DNA from: Eledone cirrhosa
Lineage: Eukaryota
NCBI GenBank assembly: GCA_964016885.1
Contig: OZ024746.1
Span: 12,338,001 to 12,402,000, forward strand
Direction of reading: 5' to 3'
Length of the DNA stretch: 64,000 bases
In this document: piece by piece, positions 13,973 to 29,534 of the stretch
Layout: each line of letters begins with the position of its first letter
How positions within the stretch are numbered: position 1 is the first letter of the stretch
Translations under genes and position numbers: made by a program
Notes under the pieces: generated by a model
The model's input: the letters and a program-made list of their open reading frames with translations, nothing else
The model's database searches: none
Told to the model about the DNA's origin: nothing

Positions 13973-14039
13973 TTTACTTTATCTTCTGAAAATATATTTA
14001 ATATAGAATATTAAACAAACAATACAAAATGTTTTGGAA

Positions 14040-14510
14040 CCATCTGGGTTGTGACGGCAAAAGACCTGACGGTCTTACCCTGTGCCCCTGGTCGAGAGGC
14101 AGGTGCCCTTGTCTGGGACGTCACTGTTAGTGACTCCTTTGCTCTTTCCCACATCCTGGATGCTGCGGTTAGGACGAGAGCCACAGCTTCTGCAGCCGAG
14201 CCGAGTGAGACCCTCAAACTCTGATCTGTCGGCGGCCAGCTACATTTTTCAGCCTGTGGCTTTCGAGACGTTTGGGGGAGTCGGGCCGCTGACTGCGAGG
14301 TTCCTTTCCTCACTGGCGGCTCGCCTAATAGAGGTGACTGGCGAATCTCGCGAGGGTACTTGGCTGTTTCAGCGCATCAGCCTCGCCATCACCCGAGGCA
14401 ACGCTGCGAGTGTGCTGGCTTGCCTAAAAAATCATTAGAGAGGTTGCCCAGTACTCGCGACGTTGCTGTCTTTTGCTCTGGTGTTGGTTCCGTTGTTCAC
14501 CCCTTCTTTT
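14040..14510 (+). mobile_element. CRE-like REL fragment (different family)
   Basis: DGKRPDGLT..LVWDVT..FQPVAFETFG..WLFQRISLAITRGNA. Confidence 0.8.
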
Positions 14511-15428
14511 ACATTTTCTTTAATATTGTAGCATTGAAGGAATATATCTTTCATTGTATCATCCTTTGTAGTGTTACCGAACCATTTGTAATGTTATTTA
14601 TGTATATATTTAAAACATATTTGTTATGTACTGTAAATTTATTTATATGCTCTGTTTATATTTTCATTCTGAAGGAATTGCAAACGATTTGTAATGTTGT
14701 TTGTGCAACTATGAAGTATATATTTATAAAATGTTTTATATTTCAATTAGTCTGTGAAGAATTAATTGTTTCATTACTAATATAGTAACTTACTACATGT
14801 TGTTTTTTTTAATATAAGAGTATGTTGGAAGATTTAAATTGAAGTAGGAACCCTTTAAAATGGGTGGCTTTTGTTTTATAAAACCAGAGCCAGTTTTAGT
14901 TGGGTTGGTGTTAATAGTTTTTAAAAGAATAATTATAAAATAACTTTTTACATTGGTTCATGACAGCAATTTATAAAATGTGGCTATAGTCGTGTGGTTA
15001 AGAAATATATATATAATATTTACATACCCTGACATATATAAAATTCTGTAACACGTATATAAGAAATGTTAGAAAAGAAAGCCAATAAACAAAAATACAT
15101 TTTCTTCATTTGTTTTCTTGTAATAATTTTATAAGCTACAGCACAAATTTATCTTTTCGATTTTATTTTCTAGAATGTTTTCTTTTTTTGTTTTTGTCTC
15201 TCATTAGTCTATGTTAGAAGATAGTAAACTAAAAGAACAGAGTCTATCAATTACGAGCAAAAATAAACTCCAGTATCTCAACGAAATGATTGCTTAAAAA
15301 CGAAAAAAAAAATGATATATTTACTATCAATGTGGAAAGTTTAATTGTATGAAATTTAGAGAATGTTTTTGATATAATAACTTTAGTTATTTGTTCCGAA
15401 AGAAGAGAGAAAATTGATATATATCTAC

Positions 15429-15500
15429 CTTGAATGAGAGAATCGTAGTTTCAGTGAATAGCAGACGACATATCGTTTGCTACTTAGAAAAGATGTTAAA
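15429..15500 (-). other. Possible 5'-UTR exon of MEIOB
   Basis: AAG|gtagat donor ~1.4 kb upstream of the acceptor that precedes the start codon; no transcript evidence. Confidence 0.3.
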
Positions 15501-16923
15501 CCATACTTTTATCACATTTGTTTCGTATTCCTTTTTCTTTCTCTTGTAGTTTTAGTTTTAAAATATTTATTTATGTAAATTTAAATAAGTTTCTAAATAA
15601 TTTTAGGTTTCTTATCATTACTAGTTTTATTCATGTGTTAACCCAAATGATAGAAAACTGAACAGAATGTTTATTCTGTCCCAATTCGGCAAGACACAAT
15701 TCAAATCTTTCTAGGATTCATTTTTCCTTGTACTCTTTCGAAGTAAATAAAATCATTACCAATAATATAATTCTTCGATTCAATCAATTATGTTCCTTCC
15801 ATTTCAAAAGTGGTCTTTTGTAATCATACATAAAAAATATCAAACAGATCACGAAGTGTCCTGTCTCTTATATGTGGTTGTTTCAAATATTACCATAACC
15901 TTTTCATCTTATTCATGTTCTTTAGGAAAAAAAATAACAAAAAAAAGATGTGCTTAAGACCATTCCATTCTTCGATAAATTTGTGATCATGAGCCTAAAC
16001 AAAACAAAACGTCTGTAGATGACCGCTGGAATTGCTCGAAATAGCAGCAAAATACACATCATATCAGTTGTAGTTCTAAATACACAAATTCTGAAACAAA
16101 TATGGGATGGTTACAACTGAAAGGATTTTGATAATAGGTCTGATTTGATTTGGGACTAAATAACAAAAAAGATCCTTTATTTTCAAATATAAAACAAGAA
16201 GGAAGTTCCCTATGAGAAGGCACGTTTTAACTTTCGATTGAAGTCAGTTGTCATCACTTCTATTGCTGCTAGAAACTCTTTTCATACTCTTATAGTTGTA
16301 TAACCGTGTGATTTTAGCTAGTAATCAATAACTGTTACCGTCATTTCCTGAGCATTTCAATTCACAAATCGATTCGGTCGCCTTCTTTACGCTTCAAATG
16401 TCTTTGAGAAATGCTCAACTAGTCTCTATTTTCAAATTTGAATCTTTAAAGAAAACAACAAAACAAACAATAGTAAACAAATACCCCCCCCCCCCTCTAC
16501 CGCTAACAACAACAACAACAAATCCTGAATGTTTATTTTCTTACAAGTAGAAGATCAATTCTTTAGATTAGATAATTGTTTCTACTTTTGGCACAAGGCC
16601 AGCAATTACCCAGTGTATTACTGGTACTTTATTTTATCGACCCCATAAGGATGAAAGGCAAAGTTAACCTCGGCGGGATTTGAACTCAGAATGGCAAGGG
16701 CCGTAACTCTATGCGTCAAAGCATGGCGTCCGACCCTCTACCGATACTGCCAATCCGTCCTGTTTAGTGTTCCTTACTTCGGTAATCGAATACGTTGGTT
16801 TTTCTTTTCGTCCTTTAAAAACAAACAAAATAATAAAAAAAACCCTAGCAGGATCTATGGAAATTCCAAATTTTGTCCATGTCTTTATTTCTATTTTGAT
16901 GTATATATTGTTTCTATGTTAAA

Positions 16924-17110
16924 GCGGTGGATTGGCAGTATCGCTAGAGCGTCGGACGCCATGCTTTCCAGCATAGTTACGTCCCTTTACGATCTGAGTT
17001 CAAATCCCGCCGAGGTTAACTTTGCCTTTCATCCTTACGGGGTCGATAAAATAAAGTACCAGTAATGCACTGGGTAATTGCTGGCCTTGTGGCTAAAGTA
17101 GAAACAATTA
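16924..17110 (+). mobile_element. tRNA-derived SINE family 1 (representative; Nin/Deu-like core). Other clear copies: + 156-331, 18896-19082, 31254-31420, 34671-34860, 35248-35444, 51680-51862, 59392-59563; - 12167-12353, 13499-13683, 16573-16758, 30476-30656, 34122-34309, 35862-36048, 37504-37690, 43153-43340, 49126-49290, 51465-51650; plus older decayed copies
   Basis: A-box-like TGGCAGTATCGG, B-box GAGTTCAAATCC, core GCCTTTCATCCTTACGGGGTCGATAAAATAAAGTACCAG, (ATT)n tail. Confidence 0.9.
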
Positions 17111-17586
17111 TGTTAAAAATGTTGAATACGTCTTTGATTTTCTTAAGCACAGAGCCCCGTTGGCCAGCGGGTGGTGGTGGTGGTGAGTGTGGACTGTGTA
17201 GTAGAAACTGCAGGCTTAGTAATTTTCAGAAATCGAAGTCTGATAAGAGAAATCTGATGCCATATTTAGATTCAGCGTACAAAAGTATACCTTGAACAAA
17301 CATCAAAATACCTTTGTTACTATTTATTTTAAGAGCAGGTTATGAAATATAGTTGTTTTTTTATTGCGTAACATGACCTTGTGTATAATAAATATATATA
17401 TTGAAGTGAGTCTTAGTATAAAGGTCATATGGCACGTTTCAGTTAATGTTTGCTACTTCTTATTGATTTTATTTTTATCAATCCATCCATCCAGTTATAC
17501 GTACTTATGTATGTATGTATGTATGTATGTATGTATGTATGTATGTATGTATGTATGTATGTATGTATGTATGTATGTATGTATGT

Positions 17587-17911
17587 TTTCTCTTTCTCTT
17601 AATTTCGAGTATATTTTTTTGACCGGCCACCTTCCTGGTGGCAAGGTTGTAAAAGAAAAGAAATTGTCATCCCTTGAATCGCAAGAATGTTTTGCAAATT
17701 TTGAAGGTGCCAGCTATCGCAGCCATTTGCAGACTATGAATTAGGGAGCTGCGCTTTTTGTCCGCAAATCCAAGTTCAGTCATACTTTGGTCCAAGCGGG
17801 TTAGTATATAACCCGTAGCACCAATAATGATGGGTATGAAGCTAAAGGTGTATCTTGGATACTGGATTTGTAAACTCCTCATCAATGGTCCGTAGATGTC
17901 CTCCTTCTCCT
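17587..17911 (-). mobile_element. Same R4/Dong-like element, 3' fragment
   Basis: Near-identical; (TATG)n on both sides. Confidence 0.85.
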
Positions 17912-18337
17912 GTATGTATGTATGTATGTATGTATGTATGTATGTATGTATGTATGTATGTATGTATGTATGTATATTCTTCTGGTTTATAATTTCACAA
18001 AGTTTTACCAATAGAGAGAGAGAGAGTCGGTTTCTAACATAAACACAAGACTCTCTCATTGGAATTTACACAACATCAACTAGGTAGATATGTATGTATG
18101 CATGTGTAGATATGGATGTTATTGTATGTGTGGATGTGGATGTTTTGAGTTGTATGTGTGCATGTGTATATGCTTTGTATCTGTACATGTGTATATGCAG
18201 TTATTAGATGCAACATTTTTGGAATGTTTTACATATTTTTACTATTTTTATGTATGTATGTATGTATGTATGTATGTATGTATGTATGTATGTATGTATG
18301 TATGTATGCATGTATGTATTTATGTATGTATGTATGT

Positions 18338-18832
18338 CGGGTCACTCTTGAGTGCTACTGGTAATATGTAACCCAGTACAACCTGTCACATGGTCGGCTC
18401 GTAGGCGAATAAACCGGCAACCCCACCAAGTTTACTTGGTGAGTAGGGTATTTGGACACCCTGCAGGACAAAAACAAAACATGACAAAGGGCGGAAGAAC
18501 TCATAAGGGTCAATGGCCATCCAATAGTGTGTAAATATGTATATACACATGTATGTATATGTATATGTGTATATAGATGGGTGCATGTGTATGTATATGC
18601 GCGGGGACATAGAAATAGTCGAGCTGGACACCCGATTGCGCAGTTAAACCACTGGGAGTGAAGGACCCCTAGCCTTTGTCAGGGCATTCTTCAAGGAGAA
18701 GGCAACTCAGGAAACTGGGATAACTCCGATATAAAACCTGCGGCCCAGTAGTTACCGATGATGTTGATCTTTTCTTCTTTTCGGGTTATAGCTACTGTCG
18801 CTCAGAGAGTGGGATTGGCTCAGTGCACAATC
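18338..18832 (+). mobile_element. Family B copy, interrupted; its continuation lies inverted at 19178-19270
   Basis: Homologous to 47821-48355. Confidence 0.75.
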
Positions 18833-19327
18833 TTATTTTTGTTTACCAAATTGAGTAGATAAATTATGTAATATTCATTCATTATTTATTCAAAGGGCGG
18901 TGGATTGGCAGTATCGGTAAAGGGTCGGACGCCATGCTTTGTAGCACAGTTACGTCCCTTTACGGACTGAGTTCAAATATCGCCGAGGTTAACTTTGCCT
19001 TTCATTCTTACGGGGTCGATAAAATAAAGTACCAGTAATACACTGCGATAATTGCTGGCCTTGTGCCAAAAAGTAGAAACGATTATTTATTCAAAGTAAT
19101 CCAACTTATTTTGCAAACGGGATAACAAAAAATAAACCGTACGCAATCCCGCAGACCTTCCTTTATTATAGTTTAGATTAATTAATTCTATCGTGCAATG
19201 CCTGTGCGTGAAGATATTTTTTAAAGTGAGGAAAGACTGTGCACTGAGCCAATCCCACTCTCTGAGCGACGTGCGTATGTATGTATGTATGTATGTATGT
19301 ATGTATGTATGTATGTATGTATGTATG

Positions 19328-19361
<34 letters not shown>

Positions 19362-19367
19362 TGTATG

Positions 19368-20960
<1,593 letters not shown>

Positions 20961-21884
20961 CCTTCTCCTTTCTTCCATTATTTCCAAACCAGTCTGAATT
21001 CACTGGATGGTATGAATCACTTTTCGCAAGAGATTATATACTAAAATTTTCCAAGGTACCGAAAGTTTTATCTAAAGCGTATTAGATCGTAGATTCGATT
21101 AAGATCATTAGTGATTCAATGTTAAACTAAACCAAATATAGCAAGTTATCTCCCTTAGATTAACCAGGAATTTCTTTTGCTAAAATTCGATTGCATGACA
21201 ACTACTTTTGGCAAGAAAAATTTTCGATTTTCTTTTTTTAACAGCTATAACAAAAGGCGAAAATATAAACAGATACCTAACAAACATTACAAAAAGTAAA
21301 TAGATATTTAGCAAATTAAAATATTCTTTTCTCGCATTAGGGCGGCAGAATAGCAGAATCATTAGAACGCCGGAGAAAATGACTGCAGTATTTTTCGATT
21401 TTTCGACAGAGTTCGAATTTTGCTGAGGTCAACTTTGCTTTTCATCCGATGAAATAAATAAGATGAAGTACCAATCAAGTATTAGTCTTGATTATATATT
21501 ATGATGGAATTACAATAGAAAACAGAAGGCAAGGCAATCTACAAAAAAAAATCAATTGCGTTTTTCAAAAAATTAATTTTATTTAAGGAATAAAACTCTT
21601 CATAAGCTTACAGAGTCAATAGATAAACATATACATATATATATACAGTGAGGCAGAGCGGTACTCAGAGTTATATTCAGATATGAATTGGTAAATAGTT
21701 CGATATTGCGGTTGATAACTAGCTAGCTAGATAAATAGCTAGATTATTTGATATTTATAAACAGGAAAACAAAAAGAGAAACAAAAGAAAGTAGAGAAAG
21801 AGAGAGAAAGGGAGAAAGAGGAAGAAGTGGAGATTGAATTAAACTTTTCGTCAAAAATTCTTTATTCAAAAAAATGTTCTGTTT

Positions 21885-22798
21885 TTAATAATGTTCAGTA
21901 TTTTTGTAGTAATCAATGTGTCCTTTACCTTGGTTCATTGAAATGTCTAATCCTTCAGAAGGAAAACGCCTAACCTGAGACATTGAGTGTTCTTCAGGAT
22001 GGCGAATATGATAGAATTCTTCTGGACTTGTAGCAGACAGAATCGGCGCGGTAAAATTATAAACCTGACTAGATTCTACCCGTGACGTCAATGAACCAAT
22101 ATTAACTGGACTGCTTGGAACGTTTGAAAAGTTCTGAGAAATGGATGGAAATTGGCCGAGAATCTGACCATTTTGACTGGTAGATATAGGGTTATTTCTG
22201 TTTACCAATTTGAACGATAGAGCACTTTTACAAGAAATTGGATAACCTGGAATCAATGTGAAACCAGTGAATAAATCTTGAGTCGGTAGTAAATCTCCTC
22301 GAATCGTGTAAATGTCGTGTCGATTGCCTATATCATCACAACACTCTGTGCTGAGTATGTAATACTCACCTTCTTCGTCTCCAGGTTTTACGCTGACTGC
22401 GAATGTAATATAGTCTAGTACCAATTCACACTTGTCTCTGAGAATTCCAAGTTCTCCATACCGAAGGGAAATGCCGTCAATTTGAACTGATTTATTCTGG
22501 CTAACGTTCTTCAGAAAATATGTCTGCGAGTCGTTACTCGCTGCCCATATTTCAATGTAGTTCCTCGACATACATTGGTCGTTGAGGAAAACGTCTGCAT
22601 TCTTACTACGTCCCACCAACAGTCGTTGATCGACCTTCTTAATGATCGGACTTTTAGGAAGAAAGGACTGAATCCCTTCCGGCATGCAACGAGCTTCATA
22701 TTTGAGACACAAATGACTCAGGTTAGTTTTTTCTGGTTCCACATCATTTTTGGTTGACCTTTCGGTCGTGGACAAATCTGTATCGACAAGAGTGCCAC
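21885..22798 (-). CDS. Terminal exon encoding a TIFA-like FHA domain plus a Ser/Pro-rich tail with PxE motifs
   Basis: Long ORF; polypyrimidine tract and ctttag acceptor at 22799-22800 (phase 1); FHA motifs LLVGR, SRN, LKNVSQN..V.IDG; resembles TIFA FGR..SRVQ..IKNMSKK..LIVD; AATAAA on the minus strand at 21861-21866. Confidence 0.85.
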
Positions 22799-23071
22799 CT
22801 AAAGGAGAAGAAAGAAAGGAAAATATGAAACAATGAAAATATGACATTGTTATCTTATTAATAACGACGGAATAGAAAAAAATGTGTAAATATTAAATTA
22901 TTTCATTTCTTTCTCGATGATCTTAGTTTAAATCTGTTGTGTTTGTGGCCGATAAAATAAATATTGAATATATATAGGTGTAGATATAATTGAATATACC
23001 ATTCTTATAAACCCACGGGCCTGTTTCTATGTGGGAAACTATTAATGTATTTATGACTGAGCAAACTGGAA

Positions 23072-23211
23072 GACCTTTATTAATGCCAGATCCAGGATAT
23101 TTGATGTCTTCGGCTCAGATGACCTTTATTAATGCCAGATCCAGGACATCTGATACCTTTAGCGCTGAGGACCTTTATTAGTGCCATATCCAGGACATCT
23201 GATACCTTTAG
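23072..23211. repeat. ~49-bp minisatellite x3
   Basis: gacctttattaatgccagatccaggacatctgatacctttagcgctgag. Confidence 0.85.
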
Positions 23212-24165
23212 CACAACCCAATAATGTCCCATTGACCAATTTATTGTGTAACTGTTAATATATATGGATATAATAAGTGCTGAATGTGAAATAGTAAATG
23301 TGAAATTCAATTTAATCTAACAACTGTGCATTGCGATTAAATAATATTAAAAACAAAATCATAATTTTCACTCTCAGAATTTACTGGGAGCATCCGTGTG
23401 TCTTTCTATCATTCTGTGTTTTTATCTACCCATTTACTTTATTACCTATTTACTTCTATCTGCCATATCTCTCTCTGTCTATCCAATCCCCCACTCTTCT
23501 TGTGTATCTCTGTCATGTCAATGTGTCTCTCTGTCCTCTCTCTGTCTGTTTGTCTGTCTGTCTGTCACACTCTCTCTCTCATATATATATATATTTAAGT
23601 AGTGTTAAGGTGGAGCTGTAAAACAGGTAAAGGAAACAGAGTGCTCTATGTTATATACAGAACATATTATAGTATAATGTACTTCAACACGATTTAGTTG
23701 CTACCCTTGGTTTTCAATCCCACATTTGGCTTGGTTTGTGCGTGTGTACTCCACATGCGAAGCCCTCGTTCAGGTAACCATAAAAGAAAGATGACTGATG
23801 TTATTTATATGAAATCTCGTTCATTGAAGCGGGGTAATTTTATAACTTGATTAATTCTTTGGTTTTCTTGTTCAGCTTGCTAAATTTGTGTTTAGCTTAT
23901 TGTTATTATATTAAGGTATTTGCAAATGGTAGTATATGTTATGGGTGTCTACAATTATACGTATCTTGGTGCGGGGTTATTTAAGGTGTTTGTATGTTTG
24001 TAATATTACCATTTCGTGCTTATCAAATATTTATTTGGAGGTAGATAAATTTGAGATCCTACGACTAATGTTAGGGACAAGATTTAAAAATACTATTGGT
24101 GGCTGGCAGGGCCCCCTGTTAATGGATCTGAAGTTTTCATTGGGCTTCTGTTAGGATGTATGGGT

Positions 24166-24236
<71 letters not shown>

Positions 24237-24929
24237 CGTGTGTGAATTGTTGAACGCTTGTGTTTACAAACGGACTTAAAGTGGACAGTGTATGTTTTAG
24301 AATCATAACAGAGTTTCACGGTTGGAGCTGTTCAAATGAAGGATGAAAAAAAAAACATGAAAATATATACACAAAAAGTGCCTTCAATCTCATTGAAATA
24401 TATGTCAATCGAACATCGAGGTTCTGTTGGTTGCAGAAAAACCCGTTAGAAAATGCATCACACAGTCTATCGCAGAACACGGGATATATTAATATATTCG
24501 CGTGCAAAACATTGGATCTTTTCATCTTTTAAGTACAGTATATAAAGATAGTCACGTGCAGGCGCTTTATGAAGTTTTAGTATTGATGAATCGATATAAA
24601 ATTTTATTTAATATATATGATCATCTTTCAAGTTTTGGAAAATTTATTGTGTAGGAAATAAGATATGACAGAAGTATCTGCAAGAATATTAAAAACTGTA
24701 AAAATAATGTTGGGATTGGTGTTCTATATTAAACCAAACGCTCTTCAAATTGTTAATATTATCATCCCTTAAACTCCAGATATACTTGGATAGTGAAGTA
24801 GTATGGCTTAGTACTTACAGTCAGAATATATATAGAAACATTTTTTGAAAAGGAATTTCAGTAGGTACATACATACATACATACATACATACATACATAC
24901 ATACATACATACATGCATAATACATACAT

Positions 24930-25417
24930 GGTGGCTGCCAACTCGTTTTTGAGTACGGCCACTACTTTATATCCATGTAGGAGAACCCCTACCGATGCGC
25001 TGAGCAAGTGTGACTTTTTAGTCCAGCCGGTGATTTGAAAACTCTGGTACAAACACTACACTTGTGACAATTATTGACACATAGTGCTGGGCCCATGGTG
25101 CCATGTGACGACAAGTGCAGAGAGATCTCCAGATATAAAGCAGTGCCTGTGCCGTGAAGCTTTTATAGTGAGCAAAGGCACTGCACAAAGCCAGTCCCAC
25201 TCTCTTAACCAAGATGATATTTACCCAAAAGAAGAAAAAGTCAACATCATTGGATACCATCAGAGTTGCAGATGTTATATCAGAGTTTTCCTTCTCCTAG
25301 AATTCTGCCTTGACAAAGGCTAAGGGGTCATCTCTCCCGGTGATTTTGGATGGCCATTGACTCTTAAGAGCTCCTTTGCCCTAAGATGGCCATTGACTCT
25401 TAAGAGCTCCTTTGCCA
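24930..25417 (-). mobile_element. Family A copy, 5'-truncated with a short tandem duplication at the truncation
   Basis: Reverse complement of family A; gatggccattgactcttaagagctcctttgcc is duplicated. Confidence 0.8.
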
Positions 25418-26569
25418 TACATACATACATATATACATATAGGGAAGCTACAAAATAGTAGAGATATATAAAGTAGAAATTATCTAAGAAATACTTGCAT
25501 AAAAATGTTACTGGAGCAATTCTTAAAGACAACCAAGTTTCCATGTTTTGTGTTTGTTTTGGTTTTGTGATTGGTGAATTGTTTTTTAGTACTAAGTCCA
25601 GTTTACGGTGAAAAGTCAGTTGATGTTAACGGACATCTATAAAGTAACGAAATCGCAGAGTCTTTATGGCGTCAAATAGAATGTTTTGCGCTATTTGTTT
25701 CGATTCTATGTAATCTGAATTCAAATCTGCCCAAGGTCAAAGTTTTTTTTAAATATATTTTCTAGATGGTTGAATAATGTACCAGCAGGACCCCCAAAAG
25801 AAATTTTGCAAGGCGGTACAAAACCTCTTTGGGGCCCGAAGCAGACAAAGATTTTTCTCAAAATGGATGTTGCATGGCTGCTGTTGGGCCTTCTTAGCTC
25901 TTGGGCTCCGGAACAAAGTACCGGCTGGTCCCTCCCCCCTCTTACAGGCCGCCCTGAGTACCAGTCATGTACTGGTGTGAATGTCACTTCTATCTATCTG
26001 TCTGTCTGTCCCTTTCTTGTCTGCTACGTGAAAGGTCCAAGGAAGAAGTGTGCACGTCTGTCCTTTCAACGTCACTCTGTTGACACCAGAAAGAAAGCAG
26101 ATATCTATCAGACCGACTACTAAATTATTGTAATAAAATACTTGACAAAAGAAGCAGTCGACTATCTATATTTTAACACGTCTATACATTCACACGCACA
26201 CACACATACATACACATACCCCCCCCCCCCCCCACACACACACTATCATACCGTTATTATTAGTTTCATATCTCAGTAATAATATCTATATTATATTATC
26301 TTGTATGAGGTGAGACCAACATCTTGCACGAAAGGAAAACTGGACGTTATTCTTAATCCATACATTGATTACTTGATTATTTGAATATATATAATATTTC
26401 CCTCCCCATTTGTATCGACTTCATGTAAACACCGTCGCAGAATATACATACATAATGGCTGCAAACACTGCTATGAGTATTGCAATAGCTTGTCAGATTA
26501 TAGAGTTTGGTGCACTTTTAGGCTACGGCCAGTCACACAAACCTGTAACATATCCTGGACTAGCAATGC

Positions 26570-26968
26570 CCGTGCTTTGAAGATTTTTTTAAGTGGGGAA
26601 AGGCCTTGCATTTGACCAATCCCACTCTCTGAGATTCGAAAACACTACCCGAAAAGGAGAACTTGTCAACATCATCGGATGCTTCCAAAGCCGCAGGTTT
26701 CTTTTCAGAGTTTCCCTCTCTTAGAAAATTGTTGTGACAACAACTGGGGGCCTTTCACTCCCAGATGAAAAAAAAGTACTATTTGGATGACTGTTGACTC
26801 TGCTGAGCCCCCCTCCCCCCCTGCAGTATTTCATCCCACTGGGTGCCAAAATATCACCCTCCTCAACAAGAAAGCTTGGTGGGGTTGCCGGTTTAGTCAC
26901 CGAGGACCCGACCATGAGACAGGTTGTACTGGGTTACATGTTACCAGTAGCACTTGTGAGCGAGCTGA
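26570..26968 (-). mobile_element. Divergent relative (family C) in tandem with a family A copy
   Basis: Same 5' GTGCTACTGGTAACATG..GACTAAACCGGCAACCCCACC motif. Confidence 0.65.
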
Positions 26969-26983
26969 CATACATACATACAT

Positions 26984-27558
26984 GGTGGCTGCCACTACTA
27001 GGAGAACCCCTACCGATGCGCTGAACGAGTGTGACTTTTTAGTCCAGCCAGTGACTTGAAAACTCTGGTACAAACACTACACTTGTGACAATTATTGACA
27101 CTTAGTGCTGGGCCCATGGTATCATGTGACGATAAGTGCAGAGAGATCTCCAGATATAAAGCAATGCCTGTGCCGTGAAGCTTTTATAGTGAGCAAAGGC
27201 ACTGCACAAAGCCAGTCCCACTCTCTTAACCAAGATGATATTTACCAAAAAGAAGAACAAGTCAACATCATTGGATACCATCAGGGTTGCAGGTGTTATA
27301 TCAGAGTTTTCCTTCTCCTAGAATTCTGCCTTGACAAAGGCTAAGGGGTCATCTCTCCCGGTGATTTTGGATGGCCATTGACTCTTAAGAGCTCCTTTGC
27401 CCTTTGACAGGTTTTGTTTTTAGTCCTGCAGGATGTCTAAAGTCACCCTCCTCACCAAGAAACCTTGGTGGGGTTGCCAGTTTAGTCGCCAACGACCCGA
27501 CCATGAGACAGGTTGTACTGGGATACATGTTACCAGTAGCACCAACTGGTGACCTGAC
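26984..27558 (-). mobile_element. Family A copy with a small 3' deletion
   Basis: Reverse complement of family A, between (CATA)n tracts. Confidence 0.8.
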
Positions 27559-29109
27559 ATAATACATACATACATACATACACATACATACATACACACA
27601 CACACACATACATACATACATACATACATACATACATACATACATACATACACGCACACATACATACATACTCTTCGACGCGAGCAGTCGCACATATGGC
27701 GTGGGAGACTATTCATTAAATTTAAGATATATGCTATCTCCAACAGTAATGCTATAATTACTAGCTTTTTTAAATAACTGTATTTAACAAATATATTCTT
27801 CTGATGGTACTGTAACTGAATTCTTCTATGTTTTGCCTGGCGGAGATTCGAAATGGAATCTAAAAATTCTCGCCTCTAAAATCCCCCATTGTTAGAAAAA
27901 TAGAAGAATTCAGTAACAGTACTCATTGAAGACACCTCTTATACGAAATCGTAGAGATATGTTTAAATATTGAATTCACATTAAAAAGATTTGCTACAAA
28001 CAACATGACTGAATACGACAACATCAACATCAACAACACTGGTAAAGAATCGAAGTAAAACAACAACGAAAATGGTAAACAGAATCTTATTAGTTGTAGT
28101 TACAAAAAGAATCAAAACTAAAAAGTCGTATTTTTCTTCCAGATATCAACTCAATAACGACTTATTTAGTTGTTACAAAATGGTAGAAACACTGCCTCTC
28201 GGGGCTATATGAACAGAATGAAGCTACACTGAATCGAACTTCACACAGAGCTAAATTATTTCAGACAAACAATTACGCCAACAAGCAACGTTTGTTGAAA
28301 GTAAAAATATCATAAACGTTACCCAAAACAATAAGGAAAGTGTGGAATCTCCACAAATAACAGCACTAAAGGCGCATGGCTTAGTGGTTAGAGTATTGGG
28401 TTTACAATCGAAAGGTTGTGAGTTCAATTCTCGGACCGGGTGATGTGTTGTTTCCTTGAGCAAGACACTTTATTTCACGTTGCTCCAGTTTACTCAGCTG
28501 TAGAAATGAGATGATAGGACTGGGGTCCCTATCATTAAGACACCTTGGCGGAAGCCAGCTAAACCTGCATAGGTGTGAGCGGTCACACACACACGCGCGC
28601 GCACTAAAGGACCAGTCTCCTAAATCGAACTTGCAATCAATACGTGTCACACTAGGCTGCCATGTTACTACGTTTTCTCGTAGACAGTCTGACTATCAAC
28701 AACAAACAACAGCGAAACAAACTATCTCTTATATCAGTCATGCCGGCGACAAATTTGACACCAGGCGTCACAACAGACTTTACCTCGACTACTATATCAC
28801 AATAAAGGACTCCAATAATGAAAAGAAATACTGTATCCATCGATGTTAATCGATAACAGAATATAGTGTGTCAAAGCATACAACATTATCTACTAGAATA
28901 TTCCACTATTGAGACATGGACCAAGAATGAGAAAATAAAACAAAACAAAAACAAAATAAAAAAACACTCGAAATATACACAATAATCAAAAACAAAAAAA
29001 AACCTGTCCAAATCACCCCTCCCCAAATACTTACAAACGCTAAACTCAACAGCAATAGTCAAAACGTGTGGTCGCCAGTAATTGCGGAACCAGCATCAAC
29101 CTCATTGAA

Positions 29110-29345
29110 GACACATTGTATAAATTTAAATCAAGGTAAATTGTTATTGTAAAAACTAAACAAATTTAAAATATGCTATTAATTGTAAAGGATGTAACGA
29201 AGATTACAGAAGGCAAACAACATTTTCAGAAACAGAATGACTATTCATTATCGACAAACACAGGATCTCAATACTAGATAGATTCCACTTAGTGGGCATT
29301 TAAACTTATGTGCAACAAAAAATCCCTAAAATTCCAAGTAAAAAC
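29110..29345 (+). pseudogene. Penelope-like GIY-YIG endonuclease remnant
   Basis: YAINCKGCNEE...FRNRMTIHYRQTQDLNTR*IPLSGHLNLC, interrupted by a stop. Confidence 0.6.
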
Positions 29346-29534
29346 CACAGAAGAAAGACGAATAGATAAATAAATATTTATCAAAAATACAAACCACGAC
29401 TGAATAAACAAAATACATTCTCTAACAACTACACACAAATAACCATATACACATACACAGACAAATGTAGCGAAATCTCTTCGCACATACTGACCCCCTG
29501 ACAGAATGACATCTGGTTGTTATTTCTTTTTATC

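Noticed and set aside
22799-22847. N-terminus MSYFHCFIFSFLSSPL of the 320-aa ORF as a signal peptide
   Set aside because: Coincides with a polypyrimidine tract and AG acceptor, so most likely intronic
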